From Macrostomum lignano (lineage: Eukaryota): DNA of 64,000 nt. The stretch covers positions 1 through 64,000 of the forward strand of contig NIVC01003152.1 of assembly GCA_002269645.1 (NCBI GenBank), written 5' to 3'. A program made the position numbers and the translations under genes. Positions 12,070-26,021 of the stretch are shown here, in pieces; positions within the stretch are counted from its first letter, which is position 1; each line of letters begins with the position of its first letter. The notes below the pieces were generated by a model. That model searched no databases. It saw nothing but the letters and a program-made list of their open reading frames with translations, and was not told where the DNA came from.

Positions 12070-12560
12070 GTTTAGTTGACACCATAATTCCTTTAAGTAT
12101 GTTTCAAATAGGGCTTGTGAAGTCCCATGCATATGGTACGCAGCATTTTATTTCCAATTATTCATTTCTTGGATGTTTAACCATTTCTTAGTATCTAAAC
12201 TGAGGACTGAGAACAAGTTTATATTTAGCCATACAGACTGAAATGAATACCAACAATAGAACAAAAGATGGTCTCTTTCATAGCAGCATCCAATGTCTGT
12301 TATGCCTCCATGAGTTCCACAATGAAAATTATTTCTTCAGCCGATGCGTAATATGGTATTGAAGCATCACAAAGATATCCTTCCAGGTTGAAGCATTGTA
12401 CTTGTCACCATCCTTCTTGCATACCTTAAATAAAAATATTTTAGCAGAAAACTTCAATTGCCAGCACTCCACTCCTACATTGGCTTTGTCACCATCAGGC
12501 CAGTCTTCTCACTGGATAGAATACAAGCTGATTGTTGCTTGTCTTATTATTGGTTAAATA
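12070..12560 (-). mobile_element. Highly decayed Crypton-like (tyrosine recombinase, DUF3504-type) relic
   Basis: Fragments LKFSAKIFLFKVCKKDGDKYNASTWKDIF and QTLDAAMKE resemble the F..evRk.dG..Y...tl and tLDa.Mk motifs of Crypton/ZMYM-type recombinase domains; multiple stops and frameshifts. Confidence 0.4.
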
Positions 12561-14660
12561 GGTTGAGCACCCATTCCAATTTGCATCTTGTGCTATCAGG
12601 GATAGCATTGCAACTTTTGCTAGATGTTATCAAATGATTAGACAATGCTACTAGAACAGTGTTGTCAGTCAGCTGCCGATAGATTGGCAATAGTTGTAGA
12701 CATAAAGGTGGTTGATACAAGAGCAGTTGTAGTTGTAGTAGTGGTCAATGCAAAAAAAGTATCAATCCATTTGAATTCAAGTTCAGGAGGATCCATTGCT
12801 TTGTCTTTTTCTGTCTCAACTTGTATAAAAAAGCAGCTTGATCCATATAGTATACAAGATTTCATTTGACTTTAGTCTAATCATTTAGTCTATGGTCAGT
12901 CTATGGTTCTGCCTGCCCTACTACCCACTCATCTTACAAGTAGAGAAAAAATTTAATCATACCAACTAAAAATTATTTTATGGCCAAAAGTCCTTCAAAC
13001 TTCAAACTTCCTTTTCCATAGAGCAATTTATTAGTGGGTATGATACTACACATAGCCTTGTTAAATTTAGGACTACTTTTAGTTATTTATTATTTGTCAA
13101 CTTGTTAAAGTCAAATAAAGATCATTGATGTTTAGACTGGACCATAGACCTTTTTTCCAAGTCAAAAAATGTTCAAATGTTCTGGCCATAGACTATTGCA
13201 GCTTTCTGGTGTCAGATACATATTACATTCCTAACAAAACACATGAGTTTATGCTATGATACTGTGCTTAAAAGTGGTCCTATTTTGAATTTTGATTTAA
13301 GAGACAAGAGTAGGCCCTAATTTTAACTTATCTTCTAAGGGGGATCATATATTAAAAGTCCTAACTCCTATATAAATAGTGCTATGTGATTGTAAAATGA
13401 AAGAATAACAATTTTTCGCATTACAGACACCATGTGTCAATGTCGTGTCAATCAATGTCTACCATATCTTAAAGTGTGGCAAATTATTGATGGATTTAGG
13501 GCTTTGATAATTGATAGTTATTATTAAATATTTTTTAATTACTAAATGTTTTAGAATGAATAGCTAACTAATATTTTTTATATATTATTCTTTTCTTTGT
13601 TACCTCCTACCTTCTACTCTAGGCTCTATAGAAATTTTGAAAATGTTCAAAATTCAAAATTACATTACAATTTATATATATTGAAAGTTGAAACCAGTCA
13701 GTTTTGTTGAGACTGCTTCATTGGTCATTGGCTAGTTGATGAAATGACTAAACTGGTAATGCAAACTAAGTTGACGAAATGGCCAGTTGACAAAACTCCA
13801 GGTGACAAAATGACTAGGACCCACCCAACCCAAGTAAAGTATAAGTCATAAACAGACTATAGTAGAGAGAAAATGTTGGACACACCCAGAGCCTATTCTG
13901 ATTCTTAGAAAAACCTAAATTTAAAACCTAAAGTAAGTAAAACAGCTTTTTGCTCTTATAGTTTATTAGAAAGCTTTTGGAAAAAAATAGTAGTTAATTA
14001 TAATACAAAATATATATATTTCATTTAAGATTCCTTAAACTTGTGTTTGTGGGAGACCCACATTTACGTAAAATCAGCCCTGTTGACAACTTACAGTACA
14101 CCAAATAGTGCAATAGCTCAATTAGGCTTTTGTCTGTGAACATTCAGAATGTTCATTGTGAATTCTTGACGGAATAATTAGGCTTAACAAAGCATTTTAA
14201 ATTGACCTAAACTAAAGGTTGACATTGAAATTCACACAATTTCGTCTTTCAAAATTTTTGGCATTGGCAGCATTTTAATTTCTGAAATTAATGAACACAC
14301 TGTAACCTGTTCACGGCTGAAGTTACGGTATTACGGTGTCGGTATGAAAGCATGACTGGTTTATCGAAAAATGATTGTCATAATATCAACAAATGTACCA
14401 ACTAAAACTTGGCCCTAGGGGTTATGTCAACCTTGGCACCCGTTTCACATATAAAGACAAAAAATAGGCCTACTTTAAACACATTGTTAATGCTCGCCTT
14501 ATTACATGGTATTAATTCATGCAATACATGTGCATATGAGCTATTAAGGATCTTTATAGTGAATGGATTTAGGCCCTATCGTAGCTGCTCTGTAGTTTGT
14601 TGTTGCATTTTACTGCTATTTCTCTGCTTGATTTTGCCTTAAGTCCTGATGAAACAGTAG

Positions 14661-15754
14661 GTGCCATTGCTAATGGTGCTAATGTCTGGTAGAGGCTACG
14701 AGGACTACCGCTTAGTCTTCACTTTCGCCCGTGATGTCCTCTATGGCCGGCCATCTGAGTGCATGATGGACTACGAGGCAGCGGTGTGGCGAGCAGTACA
14801 CACCGAGTTTCCAACAGCTACGCGGCGTGGTTGTGCCTTTCATTTCACCCAGGCTATCTACCGCCGCATCCTCACCACTGGCCTCGCACCAGCATACTCG
14901 AATGATGACGGCACGCAGACGTTCTGCCGACAACTCATGGCATTGCCATTTCTGCCTGGCAACAGAATCGCGAATGCCTTCTACACACTGCGGAGCACGG
15001 TCACCGATGTTGAACTGAATGGCCTCTGTGACTACGTCCAGGGCACGTGGATCTGCGGCTCCAGCTGGCGAGTGCAGGAGCTCTCAGTCTATCGGCTAGC
15101 CATTAGAACAAACAATGATACTGAGGGCTGGCACAACAAGCTAAAGCGCCGTGCTATGAGGGCTAATGTGCAGTTCTACTTGCTGCTGAAGCTGCTGCAC
15201 CAGGAGGCCCGCCAGGTTGAGATTGATGCAGCGCTACTTAGCCAGGGTGCCACTCGTCGGGACGCACGGCCAGCAGTGCGTGCAAGGCAGGAGGCCTACT
15301 TCCGTCTCTGGGCGGAGTATGAGGCCAGCACCAGGACTTTAGAGGGACTTCTGCTCGCTTGCAGCCGCATGAATGCCCCTGTGGGACAGTAAGGTCTTTT
15401 ACTTTTAATCTTACTTTTAATCTTTTACTTACATTTGTTGCCGATTTGTTCCGCGCATCTGCCGATTTGACGGATTTGTGACTTCTTTTATTCAATTTAA
15501 ATAAAAGTCTTTTACTTTTAATCTTACTTTTAATCTTTTACTTACATTTGTTGCCGATTTGTTCCGCGCTTCTGCCGATTTGACGGATTTGTGACTTCTT
15601 TTATTCGATTTAAATAAAAGTAAAAAAAATATAAATAAATAAATTTGTTCCACGACTTCAAAAGTATTGTCGCCGAAATGGTTGTCGCCGAAATGACTTG
15701 TCGCCGAAATGGTTGTCGCCGAAATGACTTGTCGCCGAAATGGACTGTTTCCGG
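14661..15754 (+). mobile_element. MULE/Mutator transposase 3' fragment with right-end subterminal repeats
   Basis: ORF 14661-15392 has VPLLMVLM, MDYEAAVWRAV...FP...GCAFHFTQAIYR and RTNNDTEGWHNKL (MULE D..E region). It is followed by a ~125-bp tandem duplication and five TGTCGCCGAAATG repeats (15668-15745) ending GGACTGTTTCCGG. The first catalytic Asp region and left end were not found. Confidence 0.85.
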
Positions 15755-17407
15755 CCTATAGGGGGCCTAGGCCTTAACTATTGAAAAATAAAAATTATTA
15801 GGCCCTAGGTCTACTAGATAGATAGATACAAGTAGCTATTAGCCTAGAAACAAAAAAATATTGCTGCCTCTATTGGCTTTCCTAGTAGAAAATTTGAAAA
15901 TGCATATGTGACAAATTTCCTAGGAGCAAAAATGTTAGGCCTAGACCTAGTAATGATCTGTGTCTGACTGTGATATGCTAAAAATATTAGGCCTATTAGG
16001 CCTACAGTTTATTGAAAATAGAATTTCACTGGCTAATGATCAATCTCTGGCCAATCCAGTGAATCTTAATGACTATGTTTTGAATCCTATGTTTTTTAAT
16101 TTGTTTGTAATGCCAGTGGCTACAATAGATCTCATTGGGCATAACAGGTAATGTGTCTCTGGCTCTAGCTCCAGGTAGCAATAGCCTAAGCCAGCTGCAT
16201 GCAGTGTAGCTAGGCCTAGTCTAATACTTCAAGAGTTAGTTTCATCTTGTTTCTTTGTATTTGTAGGAATACCCACTTGTCAAGTCAAAATTGACCTAGG
16301 GGGCCTACTTTGATCAGGTATATACTTTAAGGATAGGCCTAGTTAGGGCCTACATATTGCAAATATTCAGCTTATCTAAGGTCTATTCTAGTAGGTCTAT
16401 TAGAATTTATTGATTTGGCTTAAATTCTTGCTAGACCTAGAGTTTTGCCATAGGCCCCTAACCAATTTTTTCCATAGGCCTATCTATATTAATAGCTATG
16501 ACAATTAAGACAACACAGTCCTAGGACTAAATGATGAAAGCAAATAACAATGGAAACAATTTGTGTAGCAGTAGCACTTAGACTTAGACATAATTGATAC
16601 AATTGTTATGCTATGGCTGATAGCAATTATTTATTATGGTTATATAGGCTTGCTTGCTATAGATTCCAGTTGGCAATATTAGAGTGAGACTGGGCCTGAT
16701 TTGGTACTGAATCTATAACTATGGTACTTTGGGCACTGCTGCAAGCAACAATAATGGTAATAAATAGCTAATAGGCTATGGCGATAGTGTGGTAGCAATG
16801 GTATAGAATTATGAAATGGCAGGAAGTGGTGGCAATGAAGGTAGGCCCTATGGCATGATCTTCACTTGGGGCAGCACTTTTAGTGGCAAAGAACTTAGCA
16901 GTAGTATGGCTTGAACTTGGCAAAGTGAACTAGGCCAAGTAAACTTGGTAGAGGCAGGGAAAGAGAGAGAGAGAGTGCTAGGCAGCTTGGCCAGAAAACC
17001 TCTAACTCTAGGTGCCCTACCCAGACAAGACTGATAATGAATGGCTATGGTAAATGCATAACAAAAGTTTAATTTTAGGCTAGCATAAAATATACGTAGC
17101 ATTCCTATTGGCTGGTGTGAAAACCAACTTGAAAACAGAAATTATTGATCACATTGTAATTTGTACATAGGCTTTATAAACATCGCACAATGTTGTTAAC
17201 ATTCCTTGGGCAACTTGAAAACAGAAATTATTGATCATATTTTACATAGGCTTTACAAACATCTTGCAATGTTGTTAACATTCCTTGTGCATTACTATAA
17301 GCAGACGTTAGAGTATGAGACCATCTAAATGGTAGAAAATGACATCAAATCAGCAGTATTATAGAATGGCACTACTTTTGCTAAAACAGCCTTTGTTGGG
17401 GCCACCT

Positions 17408-17591
17408 CATACATGCGCAACCTTGGGAATCACCTGGCCATTTCTATTGGCAATGGCAACACACATATGTAAGTCGCTATTGGCTAAGAGCAGTCACGTG
17501 ATCAATATTCTGTCCAATAGTGACTTACATCGTTAAATGTGTGTTGCCAATAGAAATGGCCAGGTGAATCCCTAGTTTGCACCTAAGCATG
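17408..17591. mobile_element. hAT-type foldback MITE (184 bp)
   Basis: 8-bp TSD GGCCACCT (17400-17407, 17592-17599). Left TIR CATACATGCGCAAC is identical to that of the MITE at 53576. The interior is a long imperfect inverted repeat centred on CACGTG; the right TIR is degenerate. Confidence 0.75.
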
Positions 17592-17796
17592 GGCCACCTC
17601 AATTGACAACGTCTAACTTTTTACTATATTCTATCTATATCTAATACATTTTTATTGCTTAAAAACTTGTATATATTGATTGAAAGTAGAAACATTATTG
17701 GTAGAGGGAAAGTGTGTGTCAGTTTTGTTCAAGTCTAGTTATTTGCAAGGTGCACTAAAATATGCAGAGTTAATAGCTAGCCCCACCTATCGGGAG

Positions 17797-18000
17797 TTAA
17801 TTTTTTAATGTGGGCTGTCTCATTTTAATGTATAAGGCATCTAATAGGCAGAGTGTGTGATCTCTATTGCAAAAATCAATGGCCTTAATCATCTCATGTG
17901 GGTCAGCATCACAACAACTGTTGCAAGTTAGCAGGTATTTGTTAATGGCAGAGTTTTTTAGCCAATGCTCTCTAACCCTCATGTATAGGTGCACCTGTAC
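17797..18000 (-). mobile_element. Penelope-like element relic (C-terminal part of GIY-YIG endonuclease)
   Basis: HLYMRVREHW..SAINKYLLTCNSC....LCLLDALYIKMRQPTLKN matches the R..EH / Sai..H..C / LEAl.Ik...P.LN pattern. Confidence 0.55.
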
Positions 18001-18306
18001 CTGTCAAAATGCATTGGCAACTCAAATAACTAAAACTTCATGTTGATATTGACCTTTATTTATCCAAACAAAAGTGTATTTTATATAAAAATATTACCTG
18101 CTTTCTTTAACATTACTTAGATAGAAACAAATATTGTGATAAGTGCCATATATTAAAACTATGCCTACACATTCTTATTCAACTGCCACCAACACCTAAC
18201 ATGCACAAATCTGACATTAGAAAACTGCTGAAGCCTGTTTTAAGCCGTTGAATTGTCATTTTTCAGCAATGTCTATTTTTCATTAAATATATTGCATGCA
18301 GTAGTG

Positions 18307-21304
18307 ATGTCCAGAGAGCTACAATTGTCCACATCTGCAGCATCTGTCGCATCTGAATGGCGATTTGACAGCTTTGACAATGGATCCCGCAAAGAAGCTG
18401 GTCTAGTTCAGATAAAAAGATTCTCAACATTTTTGCAACAACATTTGCAGAAGTCTTGGGAAATTTCCACAGCCATTGGACATGCTTCTGAGGTGCCTGA
18501 CACCTTTATTGATCCTGTGCTGCTGAATTTCAGTCCACTAGAGCACACAAATATTCGAGAGTTGGCCAACACTGATAATGTCAATTTTAACAAAGTGGCA
18601 CTCACATTGGCTTATCTTATTAAGGAGATGAAGTTTCTGGCTGCTGAAGGTGCGTACATAGTGTACATGTACATGGGTATGTTGCAGCACAGCACAAATC
18701 CTAAAGCTCCCATCAAGTTTCTGAAATTACCTAATATTCACTCGAAGTGCCTTTAAAGAATCTCCAGTCTGAAAAAAGAATTTAACAGGTCTTAGAATCG
18801 TACATCGGGTTTAAGAATCGTCCATCATCTCTAAGAATCGTCCATAAAGTCTAAAAATTGCTCATTATGTCGAAGAATCGCCTTAAAGTCTAAGAATCGT
18901 CCATCATCTCTAAGAATCGTCCATCATCTCTAAGAATCGTCCATCATCTCTAAGTATCGTCCATCATCTCTAAGAATCGTCCATAAAGTCTAAAAATTGC
19001 CCATCATGTCGAAGAATCGCCTTAAAGTCTAAGAATCGTCCATCATGTCTGAGTCGTTCATATGTCTAAGAATCGGCCATAAAATCTAAGAAGCGTCCAT
19101 CATCTCTAAGAATCGTCCATCATCTCTAAGAATCGTCCATCATCTCTAAGAATCGTCCATCATCTCTAAGAATCGTCCATCATCTCTAAGTATCGTCCAT
19201 CATCTCTAAGAATCGTCCATAAAGTCTAAAAATTGCCCATCATGTCGAAGAATCGCCTTAAAGTCTAAGAATCGTCCATCATGTCTGAGTCGTTCATATG
19301 TCTAAGAATCGGCCATAAAGTCTAAGAAGCGTCCATCATCTCTAAGAATCGTCCATCATCTCTAAGAATCGTCCATCATCTCTAAGAATCGTCCATCATC
19401 TCTAAGAATCGTCCATCATCTCTAAGTATCGTCCATCATCTCTAAGAATCGTCCATAAAGTCTAAAAATTGCCCATCATGTCGAAGAATCGCCTTAAAGT
19501 CTAAGAATCGTCCATCATGTCTGAGTCGTTCATATGTCTAAGAATCGGCCATAAAGTCTAAGAATCGTCCATCATCTCTAAGAATCGTCCATCATCTCTA
19601 AGAATCGTCCATCATCTCTAAGAATCGTCCATCATCTCTAAGAATCGTCCATCATCTCTAAGAATCGTCCATCATCTCTAAGGATCGTCCATCATCTCTA
19701 AGAATCGTCCATAAAGTCTAAAAATTGCCCATCATGTCGAAGAATCGCCTTAAAGTCTAAGAATCGTCCATCATCTCTAAGTATCGTCCATCATCTCTAA
19801 GAATCGTCCATAAAGTCTAAAAATTACCCATCATGTCGAAGAATCGCCTTAAAGTCTAAGAATCGTCCATCATGTCTGAGTCGTTCATATGTCTAAGAAT
19901 CGGCCATAAAGTCTAAGAAGCGTCCATATTAACTCCATTCTTTCCATCATGAATTTCTTGATAAGTTCTTAAGAATCAGTCATAAAAATTAATGTGAATT
20001 TCATTTTAGAGGGCTAAAGGTTCTAAAGGAGCCCATAGATCCTTTAGAATCGCTCCAAAATGTCCCTAGGAATCAAGTCATGATCTGTACTAAACCCTCC
20101 CAGGCCGCGACACACACCTGCGTCCATTCGCCTGCTACGGCGAGCCGTCAGTGGACGAATCAGCTTCGGGCCGCGACCCCGCCGCTCACAGCTGGAATCG
20201 GATGGCTCGTATGCTGCCGCTATTTCAAGATCTGGTGTCGTTTAAACGCCGCTGCGAAGAGACAGTCAGGCACACTGTGCAACAGTTGGCCTGCCTGTAC
20301 GATGCCAGCAAGTCGAGGGCTGGCCTACCTGATATGACTGGCATCAAGCTGAGTCCGGTGTTTAGCGCGCTCTGCGAGCTGTTGGGCTGTCTAATTAGTC
20401 TGGACGAACTGTTGAGTTCGCCTAATAGTACAGGTGTTATTCAGGTGAATTTGTTTGATTTCGATATTTTTAGTATATGTAGACTAGCTATCGAGCCCCC
20501 CTTCAGGGATGCGTGCACAGTGGACAACAACCGTGCTTTTATCTATCTATACATCCTTATCTATCTATCTATCTATCTATTTACCTATCTCTCCATCTAT
20601 CTATATCTATCTATCTATCTCTCTAAATATCTTTATCTATCTACCTATCTATCTATTTATCTAAATCACTGAAACTTACACGGCAATAAAAATCGACTTT
20701 TCAAACCTCTCCAGGAGGACTGGTCGGTCTTCAAGAAACTCGTCACCGCCGTCAAACACGACCCAGCCAAATACTCTTTTGATATTGGCCAAGTGAAATC
20801 GTTTGAAAAAATTCTAATGAGCCTGCAAGGCGAACTACTGGACAGTAGTATCTTCCAGAGCTGCGCTGAACAGCTTTTCGACGATTCTGGGATCGCTGTT
20901 AGCAAGAATTCCCGACTAGCTGAGGAGTTTCTCAGCAGTATCAGATCGATATTTCAACAGCTGGACGCTAGGATTGAGTCTAATCAGGTTTGAATCAGTC
21001 TAATTCAGAAAAACTTTTTACCCCTACGTGCCTACCGTGGATATCTGCCTGGATATCTACCTCTCCCTCTCTTCATTCTCCACCTCTCCCTCTACATTCT
21101 CTACCTCTCCCTCTCCATTCTCAATCTCTCTCCATTCTCCACCTCTCCCTGTCTCTTTCCATTCTCAGAATCTCAACCTCCCCAGTCCCCATCTCTCTCC
21201 ATTCTCAACCTCCCCCTCCCTCTCCATTTTTGGCCTGACGAAAAGCCCAGAGGCTTGAAATCGGTAGCCTATATCGCTCGTACTAAATTTTAACACGCCG
21301 TGAC

Positions 21305-21346
<42 letters not shown>

Positions 21347-23846
21347 TCTCTACCTCCATTCTCTACCTTCTCTCTATGCTCTATCTCGTCCACCCTCTAT
21401 TCTCAACCTCTATCTCCCCCTCTCGCTTTTACAGGCGGTTGAAACCAACGAACGAAGCAGATATATCGGCCTATGTGGTCTGTACGTGCTTTATTTCAAC
21501 ATCTTCCACTCAATGGACAAGAACACGCTTAAAGAGCTGTGGGGTTTGCACAAGCGACTGCCGGCTGTGTATATTGCCGGCAATGTGCTGTTCTATCCGT
21601 GCGAATTTCTCTACACTAAACTCTCCCCTCACGTTAAAAAACTACTGGATACGAAGGTATGTAAGCTGTAATTTTTCTAAAAGAATCGCCCCCAAACCAC
21701 AGGAATCGCCCATAAACCTCAAGAATCGCCAATAAACCACAAGAATCGCCCCTAAACCACAAGAATCGCCCAAAAATGAAAAAAACGCCCCCAAACCACA
21801 GGAATCGCCCATAAACCTCAAGAATCGCCCATAAACCACAAGAATCGCCCCTATACCACAAGAATCGCCCAAAAATGAAAAGAATCGCCCCCAAACCACA
21901 GGAATCGCCCATAAACCTCAAGAATCGCCCACAAACCGCAAGAATCGCCCCCTAACCACAGGAATCGCCCCCAAACCACAAGAATCGGCCATTAACCAGA
22001 AGAATCGCCCATAAACCAGAAGAATCGCCCCAAACCACAAGAATCGCCTCCCAAACCACAAGAATCGCCCATAAACCACAAGAGTCGCCCCAAACCACAA
22101 GAATCGCCCATAAACCTCAAGAATCGCCCACAAACCGCAAGAATCGTCCCCTAACCACAGGAATCGCCCCCCCCCCAAACCACAAGAATCGCCCAAAAAC
22201 CACAAGAATCGCCCCAAACCACAAGAATCGCCCATAAACCACAAGAATCGCCCCAAACCACAAAAATCGCCCCTAAACCACAAGAATCGCCCCCAAACCA
22301 AAAGAATCGCCCCTAAACCACAAGAATCGCCCCCAAACCAAAAGAATCGCCCCCAAACCAAAAGAATCGCCCCCAAACCAAAAGAATCGTGACTAAACCA
22401 CAAGAATCGCTCACAGACGACAAGAATCGCCCCCTAACCACAAGAATCGCCCCCAAACCACAAGAATCGCCCCCAAACCAAAAGAATCGCCCCCAAACCA
22501 AAAGAATCGCCCCCAAACCAAAAGAATCGCCCCCAAACCAAAAGAATCGCCCCAAACCACAAAAATCGCCCCTAAACCAAAAGAATCGCCCCCAAACCAC
22601 AAGAATCGCCCCCAAACCAAAAGAATCGCGACTAAACCACAAGAATCGCTCACAGACGACAAGAATCGCCCTCAAACCACAAGAATCGCCCCCAAACCAC
22701 AAGAATCGCCCCCAAACCACAAGAATCGCCCCAAACCACAAAAATCACCCCACCAAACCCGGCAGGCCCTATCAGCAGTGGCGGATCACCGTCGGTCTTG
22801 GTTAGCTGATCGGGACTCAAGCATGACTCGGGATGCTCAGGCTCTGCTCAGCCTAGTTCAATCTTGGTCCGCCAGAATGGAAGGCAGCTTCCGTCGAGCC
22901 GACTCCGTCGCCGGAGATCTCAACGTGAAGGCCAGCCTGCTTCTGGAAGGCCTGTCGTTGGCCTTCCGTCTGCGACATCTGGTCACTACGGTTTTGACTC
23001 TGCATTCGAGAACGCAGACCAGAGTTACAAAGCCCTGCCTGTTGGCCATGTTTCGCATGATTGAACTGCTCAAGGTGAAAATTGATAGATAGCCGGGGAG
23101 GGATGTAGATAAATGGGAGAGAGATGTAGATAAAGGGTAGAGAGATGTAGGTAAAGGGGAGAGAGATGTAGATAAAGGGGAGAGATGTAGATAAAGGGGA
23201 GAGAGATGTAGATAAAGGGGAGAGAGATGTAGATAAATGGGAGAGAGATGTAGATAAAGGGGAGAGAGATGTAGATAAATGGGAGAGAGATGTAGATAAA
23301 GGGAGAGAGATGTACATAAAGGGGAGATGTAGATCAGGGGAAGAGAGAGAAGTAAATAAATGCGTCGAGAGAACTAGATAGAGAAGAAAGGGAAGTAATA
23401 AAATGTGGGATAAAATAAGAGTTAAAGGCACTCAAGACTATCGGTCACAAAGCATCACAAACACGAACGTAAACACAAATCGCAGGTGATCCAATCAGTC
23501 TACCAGCGCCGCACAGTGTTTCTAGCCAGCAATTTCTCCAACGTGCAGCAGCATTTTAGCTACGCGGCTCATCAGGCTCTGCACGCGGCTAAAAAACGTT
23601 TGATTGGCTCCACCGATAGGCACTATTCTCAGCGCAAGCTGGACCTGCTGTCCGCCATCATCTTGGCTGAGAATTGTTTGAATGGGCCGCCAACCCAGGA
23701 CCGGCTGTGTCTGGTGCAGCTGGGTCTGTGTATGGCCAATACTGGGAAAACGTTTCGGTGAGGCCTGCAGTGGTAGCAGTAGTAGTTAGCAGTAGTAGTA
23801 GCAGTAGTAGCAGTAGTAGTAGCAGCGGCAGTAGTAGTAGTAGTAA

Positions 23847-23882
<36 letters not shown>

Positions 23883-25927
23883 AAGAAGTAGTAGGAATAG
23901 TAGTAGTAGTAGTAATAATAGCCGCTGCAGCAGCAGTAGTAGTAGTAGCAGTAGTAGTAGTAGCAGCTGCAGTAGTAGTAGTAGCAGTAGTAGAAGTAGT
24001 AGTAATAATAGCCACAGCAGCAGTAGTGGTAGTAATAGTAGTAGTAGTAGTAGTAGCAGTAGTAATAGTAGTAGTAGTAGCGGCAGTAGTAGAAGTAGTA
24101 GTAGTAGTAGTATTAATAATAGCCGCAGCAGCAGCAGTAGTAGTAGTAGCAGTAGCGGCAGTAGTAGTAGTAGTACTAGTAGTAGTAGTAGTAGTTGCTA
24201 AGTAGTAAAGTTATGACAGTAGTAGTTTTGGTTTAAAAGAACAGTAATTATAATAGAATTAATACAATGATAACAGAGCCATAAAATGAATAGCATCAGT
24301 AAATCAGTAATAGTGCTCAATAATAAACTGATGACCCCCCCCCCTCAGAGATGACGAGCTCAGCCTCCTGTCTTCAACTCTGCGCAAGCTCGAGCTCGTC
24401 GCCAGTTTGGACACTCTGATCGCCGAAGCCACCGATTGCGCCTTTTTAATCTGGCACGGCCAGCGGCCTGTTCTACAGATTCACCTGGCCGACCTGTACA
24501 CCGGTGGCCAAGACGTGAACCGGGTGCATTACCTGTTCGCCGCTCTAGCCGACGCCAGCCGGTTCCTGCTGGGTGCTCGCCACGCCGCGTCGCCATCCGG
24601 TGTGGTTGAAGCTTTCGAATCCGAGTGTCTGTCGGCTGCTCGCGAGTCCGTCGTTGCACCGCTGTGTCGCGATGTTGAAACCGACCTACGACTGCAGATT
24701 CACGCCCACCTGCAGCTGGACGACCGCAACCCGTTGCGCGTCGGACGGCGCGACCTGGTGCACCTGTTGACCTGTCGGCCAATTCGTACTTTTCAAACTT
24801 ATCTAAATTTAAAAGCCGAAGTGGAAGCTTATCTAGACAGGACGTTTTACAATTTAACAACCGTAGCTCTGCATGATTGGCGAACTTACGCCGAGATGAA
24901 GAGCCTTGCCCAGCAGCAGTACCGATTGTACTTGATTGAGCCTCACCTGCCTAGCCAGCAGTTGGAGCAGGTTAATCCTATTTCTATTGCAATTAACTAT
25001 TCTCATGTGAAACCCCTTAACAATTGTCCTAAGAATCGCCATAAAAAATTCTAAGGTATGGCCATAAACAACTCTGAAGAATTGCCAGAAACAGCCCTTA
25101 GGAATCACCATAAACAGCCCTCAACAATCGCCATAAACAACCTTCAAGAATCGCCATAAACAACCCTCAAGAATCGTCATAAACAACCCTCAAGAATCGT
25201 CATAAACAACCCTCAAGAATCGTCATAAACAACCCTCAAGAATCGGCATAAACAACCCCCAAGAATCGCCATAAACAACCCTCAAGAATCGTCATAAACA
25301 ACCCTCAAGAATTGTCGTAAAAACCCTCAAGAATCATCATAAACAACCCTCAAGAATCGCCATAAACAACCCTCAAGAATCGTCGTAAACAACCCTCAAG
25401 AATCGTCATAAACAACCCTCAAGAATCGCCATAAACAACCCTCAAGAATCGCCATAAACAACCCTAAGTTTTGCTATTAAATACCCTCTGTTCAAACACC
25501 GCCCCTTCCACAGGGCCTGGACGTGCTAGAGATCATGCGCAACATTAACGTATTCGTTGCCAAGTACCTGTACAACCTGAACAACCAAATCTTCGTTGAG
25601 AAGGCTTCAAACAACAAGCACTTGAACACCATCAATATTCGTCACGTCGCCAACTCGATTCGAACCCACGGCACCGGCATAATGAACACAACGGTTAATT
25701 ACACCTATCAGTATTTGCGCAAGAAGTTCTTCATTTTCTCTCAGTTTATGTTTGACGAGCACATCAAGGCGCGCCTGATTAAGGATCGGCGGCATTTCCT
25801 GGAAAATCACGTCGAAGGCGGCGCCAAGGACCAGATGTTCCCGTTTGAGAGGGCAGACAAGTTCAATAAGGGGATCCGGCAGCTGGGGGTCACGGGTGAG
25901 TGACGGCTGTCTGTCTGTCTGTGTTAG

Positions 25928-26021
<94 letters not shown>

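Noticed and set aside
14298-14340. CACTGTAAC followed by TTACGG repeats as a second CACTA end
   Set aside because: Too short; no partner TIR or TSD found.
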